Positions 42,801 to 54,800 of a stretch of 64,000 nt of DNA are shown here, piece after piece. The stretch's first letter is position 1, and the number at the start of each line of letters is the position of its first letter. Source of the stretch: Ruditapes philippinarum (Eukaryota); NCBI RefSeq assembly GCF_026571515.1, contig NW_026861690.1, forward strand, positions 124,001 to 188,000. The letters are read 5' to 3'. Both the position numbers and the translations under genes were made by a program. The notes below the pieces were generated by a model that saw nothing but the letters and a program-made list of their open reading frames with translations, was not told the DNA's origin and did not search any database.

Positions 42801-45800
42801 AAGAAACCCACTCAACATTTTTGCAAACACAAAAACATTGAAAGAATATTTTAACAGCCCATATGTTAGAGTAAATATTTACTCCTGAAAACCTTTCTCA
42901 TTCAGATTTGCTAGACTAAATATTAAGTGAATACCAAGAAAAAAAGGAACGAACAAAAGTTTTTATTAGACCAAATACAGCAGGTATAAAGGACACAATA
43001 TGAAGGACTTTGAAAAATTCCCAGCCAAACTGACAGGTGTTGGATAAAAAGAATGGTGTTCATGGCACAGAGGGAACAAAATGCTGAAAATAATGGCAAA
43101 AATCTGTCTCAAATTGAAGGGGAACAAGTTGACCTTGAGGATATATCAAATGATGTGTTTGACATTGAATCTAATAAAAAGAAATCGAGATATTCCTTTC
43201 CACTTGCCAATAAAATGATGACGATGGAAGGTGATTTTGACGATAGCTTTCAAAGGCCAAGGTCATTCTCCGATGCTTCCATAAGTAGTGGAAGGCATGG
43301 TGTTAAAGTGCTGAATGATATGTTCCATGCTGATGGAAGAACATCTATGAAAGTATTTGTGAGAAGGGAGAGCCATGTGATTTCAAGGGACAAAGAGCTA
43401 ACCAAATCTGCTGTGGCAGAAGATGCCCTTGCAAGAAGACATGACCTTATGTTTGAATCAAAAACTAAAGAAAGGGTATTAAGTTTAGACGATATAAGAA
43501 ATAAAAGTGTAGTAAACGAAGGTGCCCCACCTAAACCAAAGTTGCCATCAAATTACAGAAAGTATTTAAATGAACAGTTAAGGATTTATTATGAAACAAA
43601 TGATAAACGTAGAAACGCTGGCCAGAATTTACAACCTGAATCTGGTGCTAAAACTAACTACACGCAAGGTGCTGATAAATTGGATAAGAGTAGAAATGAT
43701 AATCAAAATGAACAGTCTAAACTTAAAGCTTCCAATTTTGGGACTGAAAAAAGACCACTTGCTGGAAATCTTAAAAGAGGAAGATCATCAGTGTCTGACT
43801 TTGCATCAAGGCCGGTCATTTACAGACATTTTGATCCTGAGTTGCAATCTCAACTATTAAAAAAAGAGCTAGACACATTGAGAATCTCAAGAAATGTTAG
43901 AAAGAAATCAGAGACCATGAAACAGTGGATCGAAAGTGGTTCAAGACCTAAGTCCACTGGTGACCTGCATGTAAGATTTTCAGACGAAATAACTGTGAAA
44001 GAACTTAAAGACTTAGATAAAGACATACAAAAGTATGGGATGAATAAAACACTGCTAAAGCAGTCTAAATCTGTAGATATTCCACAAAAAGTAGATATTT
44101 CACAGAAAGATCACAGAAGCATAGACAATAATGGACAAAGAAAAACTTCCTCAGCATTCCCACCCAGTGGAGCTGCAGGAAGTAGAATGCAAACTCATAA
44201 ACGGGAAACTGTTGATGATAAAAGAGTAGACAATGAAGCAAAGACTTTTCGATCTAGGGAACAGGCTCTCAAACGAGGACAAGCACCTATCAGATCAAAG
44301 TCTGCAACAGCACTGGGAAGAAGCAGGGATGTTTCCAGACAAACAGGAGAACCAACACCATTGGGAGAAAATAAAAATTCTCAACTTTCTAAATCTACAT
44401 CGAACTTGAGAAGGAAACAAAACATTATTACAAAATTCAACTACTCTTCCGTGGAACAAAAGCGAGAAAATGTAAGAGCCAGGTATCAACAAAGTGATAA
44501 ACAAAACAGACTAGATTCATTTTCTCCTGGATTAGATGAAGCAGGTAAAAGGGAATCAGGTGATTTTAAAACAGGTGGTTTACAAAAATTTGATCTCAGA
44601 GATGGTGCTAATACATCTGATCTCAAAGATATGAGAACAATTGGTGATAACAGATCGGATGAAGAAAAATATGCTGCTTTATCAAGAAGTAAAATAGTTC
44701 ATTCAAAGTCTTCATCTTTAGACTCACAGCTTGACCAAAATTCTGGAAGAGTAAGGACCGAATCTGCCGAGTTTAGATACAACAACAACAATCGGCCTAA
44801 GTATGACTCTGTTAATAAACTTGGACCAAATCATATAGCTGATAGAATGAAATTGACATTCAATTTGGATAGAATTGCTCAAAGGTCCAGTAAAACTGTT
44901 GCTCAAAATGTAAATGTACCAAAGTACAAAGACAAGAAAACTATTAGAGAGGAATCTGATCCCTCCTATAGTGATAGTGAATACATAGTGAACAAAGGTG
45001 CTAAAAATGCTCACAATGTGCCAAATTTAGGGTCCAATTCTTCTCAACAAGGGAAGATTGTGTTAAGACAATGTAGGATAGGAGCGGATGTTGTTTTTGG
45101 GCTAGTTGCTGTCCAAGGCGGCACTTCCCAAACAACAGTAGCAGCAGCAACAACATCAACAATTAAACATAAGGTGAGAATAAAAAAAATATGAGAATTG
45201 TTTTAAAAAAGATTAAAATTCTTCTCTCTAATATGAGATTTTAGAAAATTCCATGTTTAATATCTGATTAAATGTATTTGTTCAATAATGTACAGAGGGA
45301 CACCTGAGGTCTTCCTCAGCCAGTAAAGCTGGAAAGCCCCCATAATTTTATGACCTATAATCAGTTTGTGCCTTGTTTAAACCCATTTTTTACCCAATGT
45401 ACAGGATAAGGTATTTTTTAAGGAATTTCTTATTAACCTAATGTGTTAACTTGAAATGGAAATAGTTAGTTAATTTGGTCTGTTAAAAGTATTATGCTTG
45501 TGCGATACCTTTATTTGCCCTATTCTTGATTAATATTCACATTTTGTCTGGCAGCAGCTGTCGCTTAATACGACCGTAACCTTTTGGACTGCTTCTGTTA
45601 AATGACCATCCATATTTGGACTATAAAAAATCTGCAGCTGCTAAATTAATTGTTTGGTTAAAAGGACGTGATGTTACACATCTGACTAGAGATTTATACA
45701 ATTCTTTTTGCACCTAAACATTGTATCCAATGTATGATCATGCATGCATTATACCTTTTAATTTTTCTTTTTCCTTCTACACACTTCAGTCTAAACTTAA

Positions 45801-48800
45801 AAAAAAAAACTAAGGGGAATTTACTGTTTCAAATCATGCATTTCATATTGAAAAAAAAAGGAAAGGAAAAAAATGCGGTATTTGGATTTTGAGGAATTTG
45901 AATTAATGTCTTGAAAAGATAAATTTTCCATGGGGGTTTAGATAGGTGGAGATGAGTCATCTGATAAAATACATTACACCAGGGGAGAGTGAAAATCTGT
46001 CATCTAACTATTGTATGGTTTATGATGCATATTAGAAAAAGGAAGGCTGATAACACTGGTTTAACTGTGTAATATTGTCAAATCTTGGCTGGTCTTTTGA
46101 AATATATTTTTATATATACATAAAAGGATATTAGATATCAAATGCTAAACATAATTGCAGTGTATTGCATCTGTATTTTTTTTTCTGGCTAAAATCAAGG
46201 AGAATCACTTTCTTAATAATGATTGAAATTATGTTTATTTAAAGTATAAACTATGTAAAACTTAGTATGTTTCATAAACTAATGTACACATAATTATGTG
46301 CATAATACTGAAAGTCTTAATATCTTGAAGTTGTTATGAGTATTCCTAATGTATAGCAGCCAAATAAATTTCTCATTATTTATGTAACAGCTAAGTATTT
46401 TAAGTTTGTTAGTTTTTGTATAACAGCCAAAAAAAGCTTATATAATGTTATAAGTTATAATATGAACTATTTATTGTAATAGTAAGATAAATAGTGTATA
46501 ACAGCTCTACATCACATGAACTACATGTATGTATATAATGGTAAGACTGGATGTATAACAGCAACTGCACATGAACTATTTTTGTAATGGTAAGACTGAT
46601 AGTGAATAACAGCAACTGCACATGAACTATTTTTGTAATGGTAAGACTGATAGTGAATAACAGCAACTGCACATGAACTATTTTTGTAATGGTAAGACTG
46701 ATAGTGAATAACAGCAACTGCACATAAACTTGTTATGTTATAGTAAGATTTAAGTGTACAACAGCAACTGAACATGAACTATTTTTGTAATGATAAAGAC
46801 TGATAGTGTATAATAGCCACATATCACATGAACTATTTATGTAATGGTAAAAATCATGTGTACTATTTAAGACAGGTAATAAATTTCTCATGAACTATAT
46901 GAAAAGTAGGTAGTTCTTTTTATTATAATGTTTATTTTATTACATCATGTATGATGTCAACTACATTGTTCTGCTGTATGAACAATTATAATATTATAAA
47001 ATTTTAAAGTGTTCACTTACACCTGAATGTGGTGAATATAACTTTAGAAAATGTGAAGTTGTCAAGGGGAAAGAATTTTAAATGCTATTTAAACCTGTAT
47101 TTTGATTGCTGGGTTGACATTTGAGGAATTTGTCATCATCATAAAAGTACAGTGAAAGTAATTCAAACAAAACTTAAAAACGATTTAAAAAGCTCTAAAA
47201 CTGGTAATTTCATGCTTACCTTACCTTTGGAGTGATGAGGTGTTTGTAAAACGATCATTGCTGTTAAATTTCTTCTTCTCTTCTGTAAATATTCTGTAAC
47301 TTGCTTTCCCTTTAATATTGCTGAATCTGAATAATGGACTTGTCCAGCTGCTGTTTTATGGACAAGCTATTATAGGTTGAAGGGATTGCAACATCAAAAT
47401 CTTAAATCTTCACAGATTGACCAAAAATGTGAAGTCTGATGACCGAGACTACAAAATTTGATTGCGCTCGATCTGCAGAGGTGAATTAACTGTATTTGGG
47501 CATTTTAAAGATTTGATGCATTTGGGACATTTTAATGTTCACCTATATTTATAGTTTAATTTATGTCCCGCTGAAGTCCCTCTTGCGATAAACTATTTTC
47601 TTAATATTTTTCAATCAATCACATATTTTTTTTTCCACATTGTTCAAACAAAATGTTAACACTGTTGGAAATGATAAAGATATTGTTTTTTTTACACAAG
47701 CAAACATTGACAACCTTTTCCGAACTTTGGAATGTTTCCATGTATAAATTCTCTTTACATGATACAAAAAAAAAATAATTTCACATTCTTTAGGATTACC
47801 TGAACTGTGTCTACTTTTTAAAATCATTTTAACCCTTAGCAATCTTGACCCTAGCCACTGGTATGGAGCCAGCCTGTACCTCTGTCTATACTGATGACGG
47901 CGCAAATTCAAACTTGCATCCTGATATTCCCAAAACAGATAATGGACAGTTCCAAAATAGAAAATAGAATAGTCCATTAAAATAACAGGTTTATAGGTTA
48001 ATTTATCATGACCCAAATGAAGGGAGGGTGTTTGGTCTTTGAAACCTCAGAATTTTAGGTTTGGATGGTTATAGCACTAGCATCACTTTACCTTTCATAT
48101 TTCTAATTTTAGACAGTGTGTCAAATGCCTTAAGCAAATACAATGTATTTATCGATTTACTGGTTGGTTTTATCAAGGTAAGAATGCCAGGAGCTGCCCA
48201 ACTCCTTTCATAGCTTTATTGCTTTTTGTTGGGGTTTAAATGGGCACCAGCAAGTAAAAGCTAATCATATGGGGGAGAAAGAACCTCTCTACCCTTTTTG
48301 GTGGCATAAAAATATTTCAGGCACAATGGCATTGAGTAGAACCAAATAGATAGTTCTGTATTAAGGGCTTAGCTGGATTCCCTAATGGCTTCCTCACAAT
48401 GGACTTACTTAATATGTTTCCTCAGAGGCTAGACAGTGTTGCTATAACCTTCAACCCATTCACAGGGTTTTATATACCAACAATATCTATTTTTGAAGGA
48501 GACACTGTGTTAATTGATAGTAAATTAGTGTTTAATGGCTTGTCACAAGATAATTATGAAGTATTATATTCCCAAGTTTGAAGCAAACTGTCTGCTTGAT
48601 GACACATGTAATTATAAGGTAGAAAAAAAACTTTATGTGTAATTTAATTTGATTTTACCAAAACTAAAAAAAATGTTTATATATGAATTTACTCCTTGCT
48701 AAAAGGAGATATTTACTTTGGTGGTTTAAGGTGTTTCATTCAGTCTGGTTCAATACTGCATTATGTGCAATAAGGACACAGATTTAATATGCTACCAGCA

Positions 48801-51800
48801 TAGATTAAATTGAAGCCCTCAGCAGCCCTAGGTATGACTCAGGCCTCAGTCAATATTGTTTGCATAGGTAAAGCATTTTTGCCATTGGTGCCAAATTTTT
48901 GAAAAGAAAGTCGAAAACGCTTTTATCAAAAAAAATAAATATTCGAGAAGTAAACATGTAAAGAAAATTGTTACATATATATGTAATGTATATGTCATAC
49001 ATGTACTGCAAGAGTTAATAGATTCATTTTGATTTAGTATCTGTTCTTGACAGCATAGCTTAAGCTTCATGGACTGTGTATGACAGATTGAGTTTTTTTA
49101 TTCCACATCTTGTGTTACATAAAATGCTACAACAGTTTAATTACAGTTGTGTTCAATACTTCAGTATCATGTATTTAAAGCCTGTCTAACCTATAGAATA
49201 ACTTAATACTGTTAAATGAATGTGACATTTAAAAATTATGGTGTGGGAAGTTGTAAAATACTGAATATTTTAACGATAAGTCACCAGTGAATATTAAAAA
49301 AACTTTTGATAAAAGAAAATTTATTGGTAACACACCATTTTATTGTAAATCCTGCAGATTTGTGCAACCTTTCATTGCATATAATGGGCTAAAATATCCT
49401 TAAAGCAATACGTATTCCTGATAATAGAAAACATATTTTGATGAATATAGAAATGTAAAACATAGAAAATTCTAGGGATTTCTATAAATGCATATGCTGT
49501 TTTTTGCAGTCGAGGTCCAAAAGGCTGTATTAAGTATGGGTAAGAGTTCGTATTAAGACGACCGTAGGGAGTCTTATCGAACTCTTACCTATATAACTGC
49601 AAATCGGCTCTTACAACTCGATATTCAGATAAAAAATAGAAAGTGTCACCTCTTTAATTAAGCAAAAACATTGTTTTTCCCAGCGAGTCACGTACAACAT
49701 GTTTCCTAGTCTACAGGTGGATGGCTGTCAAATTACCTAACTGCTGCAATGTAATTCAAAGTAATTATTTTTATTCACATCTTCATAATTATCTTTGATT
49801 ATTAATGCAGTTCATTCCTATTATATGAAACTTACTTTTTCTAGAAATATTAAAACAGTTCATAAACATTTTATAAGGATATCAAAATGTTACTATGTAA
49901 TCATTTGTCACTTACCAATCCACGTTATTATCTATGTAATAAATTTGAATATATACTCAAATTGCATCAGTGTTATCAGCCTTTTTAGAAACACCTGACC
50001 TGGCTAATTAAAATATGCCAATCACAATTATCACTATCAGCACTGGTCTCTTAATGAAAAAGTGGCTACACTAATTATTGTCGAGTAAGAGCCTATTTGC
50101 AGTTATAAAATCTTAAATCCCAGAGCTTTATTGTTTTCACTATAGATAAGAAGTTAATCACTAGAGAATGACACTCCACGAGATTGATATAGCATTAGTT
50201 CACACGGAAATAGTGGATATCTAAATTGTTTGAAGTTTTTTCTCCATGAATAAAAGTGTGGGAAAGTTCTGTTGTATTTTCTGAGAGCATGTGTCTGTGG
50301 AATTCGCTTAGTAGCAGTATTTTGATGTATTAATCATTGAGGACAATCTGTCAGTTGCCCTAGAAATATTGTTGTATATTTAGTTATTATATTCTGCTGT
50401 AGTGCAATATAGGATAATATAGCCTGAATGAAATGAATACTTGAGGGTGGATATTTGATATTAGTGTTATATAGATCTTGGAATTTATTGAAATACAAGG
50501 CTTGTTTTATCAATTTGTTATTACATGTAATATTGAACACATAAAAAACATATCTAGAATGATACATAATATTATGTGGTACTTCACTTTCAAAAAATGT
50601 CTAAAAAAGCTCAAATTAACAATCAAAATGAAAATTTTTTGAAAAGAAATACAATAAAATGTACTAATTCATGTTAGCAAATAACAAATAAATGTTAAGT
50701 TGAAAATGTAGAATTTTGCATTTTACAAAAAAATCAATATTTGGCTTGTTATTTGAAGTAATGAGTACTGAGATATTACATATTGACTGATTATAATTGA
50801 CACATTATCTTGAATGATCTATACCAACACATTATCTTGGATGATCTATACTGTCACATTATCTTAAATGATCTATACTTTTTGCTCCTGAGGAATTGTT
50901 TTCCAGGTAATAGAGGATTTATTTCTGTCTTTTCTGCATTGTCAATATAACTGGGGTTGGGGGTGGGGGGAATGTAATATAGCTTTGAAATTCATATTTG
51001 TATTATAAGGGGCCAGTCAATGTGGTGATGATGTACTGAATTCTTTTATGAAATAATGGAGAGTGTCCTAAGTTATTGAAGTTTATCTGTAATGTATTCA
51101 GTAGAAGAAGTTTGTTCTGAAGAAGTACACTTATAGATTAGCTTATATGTTAGGTAGAATAATCTACTGTTATGTAGAATAAAGTTATAATTTAGAAGTA
51201 GAATAATTATATACATGTACTGATAAATGCTTTGGCTTTGATCAGAAGAAAGGTGAATTTTGATTCAAAATGTAAGCTTGTGCAAAAAAGGTATTATTGA
51301 GTGAGACTGGAGTTGATTTCTGTCCCATAATTTATGTTGTGTTACAAAAAACAGAAATGAAAAAATCGCCACTGCAGCAGGAATATGATAATAATGATTT
51401 TATTTTTCACATGTAATGGTTATGTGTTAATATAAAGTATATTGAGTTTATTTGTTTGTTTATTTTCAGCCTAATGGCAATGGTTACCTTGATGGACAGG
51501 GTCTGGTTACCAATCCGGATGATCCCCGGATGATCCCAGGTGGCCCAGATTGCTTCCAATGTCAGGTGACGTATCCTCATTAACCCCAACCCAATCTTTA
51601 ATATACCTTCTTTTTTTTTTTTTTTTTTTTTTTTGTTTATGTTTCTTCATATCTATGTCTATTCTTCACAATTCTTGTTATTAGCCTCTTTATTTACCCT
51701 ATAAATTATTTTACTATTTTCCAGCTACGCTTAAGTCATCCGTTCTTAGAACGTCTCTTATTTAATTCTTTATTTTATTTTTATTTTATCTCCTCGCACT

Positions 51801-54800
51801 TCCACCATAGCGGACGCAAAGAACTCTCTCCTCGTATTTGCCTTTTTTGTTTATTATTTATATTTTATCTACAAATCTGAACTCGACTCGCTTCTGTGAA
51901 TTATCTTCATTATTTTTTCCAGCCTTAAAGCATGCATCCTTTTATTTTTCTCATCTTTTAACAACTTTAATCTATTCTCTTAGTATCTTCCTAATTTTAA
52001 TGATCTTTTTTTCTTTAGCTTTCTTCTTTAATTGTATCTATTTTTATTCTTTTTTCTTTTTTCTTAAGTCAGGCTTATTTTTTTCCTATTTTTACTATAT
52101 GTAGAATAGTTTGCATGGTTTCAAAGTGGTTTCGAGTCCTACCAGGGATTTCATGTTCTTTTACATAAAGAGCAGTGATACCAGTTGTTTTCATATTGGT
52201 CTTTGGTTCTACTCTGGTGCCCATGTAATCAGGTTTATCAAGATAAACATGCATTCAGGTGTAATTGAAAGATGTTGTTGGTGCTTCTGTGGTTGAGTGG
52301 TTACCCCTGTTGACTTCAAACCACTTGCCCCTTAACCGCTGTAGGTTAGAATTCTCTCAGGGGCTTTGGATTCTTTCATGTGATGAAACTATCCAGCTGG
52401 CTTACATAACATCGGTGGTTCTTAACTTAGGTGCCCGCATGTGCCTTAAATTATGTATGGAGGGGCACCTGAGGCCATCCTCCACCAGTAAAAGTAAATA
52501 TGACCTTTACTGTGTTGGTGCAAAACCCAACAAAAAAGGAAAAAAAGAAGAGATGATGTCACCTTTATGTAAATGATAATTGTTGTCATGTTTCAAGGTA
52601 GGTTACTAAGCTTCATTCTGAACATTTTACTCTTTTGAACATTATACTTGAGTCTTCATGGCTGAAATCTTTTTATATCTAAATATTGGGAAAAAAGTTG
52701 GGCTAGGCTCAACTTATTCCTATTATGGCAATTCTTGGATAAGGTTTTGCAAAATGCAGTTTCATATCTACTTAACCACTTACGTTTTTTTCTTGGAACA
52801 TCACTAATTTTCTTTTTCAAAACGCAATTGATGGTCAGTATTCAAGAACCATAACTCTTAATCTGGAGATGTAGTTGAATTATTGTCTTTTTGAATAATA
52901 TAGAAAACAATTCAGCTCAACTCTTATTTAACCATCTATAATGCTGTGAATTGTTAGGAGGCTGTCTTGTCAGAAAGCTTTTGTTCATAAAATGATATTG
53001 CAGATGCTTTATGTAAAGTTACATGATATTTTTATATATACACATTTCATATTCTTGTCTGTCTGTAAATGTTTTTGTCTGCACAAAATGTGTAATTAAT
53101 TTTTGTTCACTTGTCAACTTGAAAGGAATTGGTGAAAGAAAGTTACAAAGACTTGATAAGCAATAGATATGGATGATTTTTATATATGATGATTTCAGGG
53201 AGGGGCAGATCAGGGTATGCCTATAATAGTATCACGGGTGGCTCCCAACACTCCAGCGGATAATGCTATACCTCGCCTTAATGAGGGGGACCAGGTGCTT
53301 TTTATAAATGGTCGAGACGTCTCCCAACATACACATGAACAGGTATGTCAGAAATTATTTAACTTATTTGCCTGAATAATTTTAATTTGTCTGTTATGAC
53401 ATCTGATGATCATGATGGTATTGATGATTGATGTTGATGACTGATAATGATGATGATGATGTTGATGATGATGATGATACATTTGGTTTGTTTTATGAGT
53501 CTAACTTTCTCAGGAAATGCTTCCTGAATTGAGGTTATCCAAAACTCATAAAAAAAGAGAAGAAAAAGAAAACTTATCAAATATTGGTTTTTTCCCATCT
53601 TTTTTGTGGGGTACACATTTTTACGGTTACAGCTTCACGATGCCCAGTTGTTGGATGATGAATGTGTTGCTCTTAATTTTGTTCAATAATTTTATCATGT
53701 TGTAACTGTAAAAGTTTGTTTTTACCCCCAGATAAGCTGGGGAAAAACACAAATATTTTTAATTCAGAAGTACTGAATTTCATCCCTGTCTTATTAAATT
53801 CACAAAATTTTATCTTCAATGAAATTATCCAATATTCTCAAGTATACCAAGATAAAACTTATGCATATCTTTTATATATACTACTATAAATATAACTGAA
53901 TAAGTGAAATACCAAAAAAAACCACCCCATTTTTGTGGCCTCCAAGGCAGTGGCAAGTGACGCACCAAGTTTAGGTCACTAGTGTTAATTCTTAAAATAA
54001 AATATAAGTTCTGGACAGCTAGACAGTTAGTAGTTGTACTCGGTTTTCTGTCAGCGTCTAAACATACACAAATATAAGCAATCTGACCTCTTCCTTCACC
54101 ATTGAAAACTAGAAACTGATCATGTGACCTTTTTAAGTTGTCATGTGACTTTGACAGTGATGATGTCATTTAAAAGTAAACAAAAATCTTAAAAAAAATA
54201 TATAAAAGAACAAAATATTACTTACTATTATTTTTCATTTTCTCCATAATTTATTATTATCTAATGTAAGATGAAAATGAATTCTTTTAAAATATGCTGT
54301 TTTAATATGAAATATATATATATTTGTTTCTTTCTCAATAATTTATAATATAATATATGCTGATTTTATCTGAAATTGGTTATTCTTAGGGTTTTTTTTT
54401 GCTTTTTTTTTTTTGACAAATGTTGATAACAATTTAAGAAAATATACCTCCCTTTGCACAGGTTGTCATGTTTATACGTGCCTCTCGTGAAACGCATTCC
54501 GGAGAACTAGTTTTAAAAGTTCGACCGAATGGTAAGTGTGCATGCTGTAAAGTTACTTTCATTTGCTTTTTTTTTCTTTGGTTTTCATTATCGTCTTTTG
54601 TGCCGTTTTTCCTAGGTTGTGCTATTTATAAGACAATCGAGGGAGTCTCGTACGAAGGATCTTAATTTGATAGTTAGACCGAATGGTATGTATTAAAAAT
54701 GTGTTACAAGGAATGGGGTGTTCTTTTTTTTGTTTTTTTTTTATATACTGCATAATAACATCAGGTAATAGTGGTCCATTATTGTATAATATGTGTGATC

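Noticed and set aside
46448-46775. ORFs with 17-aa repeats
   Set aside because: They derive from the 51-bp tandem repeat.
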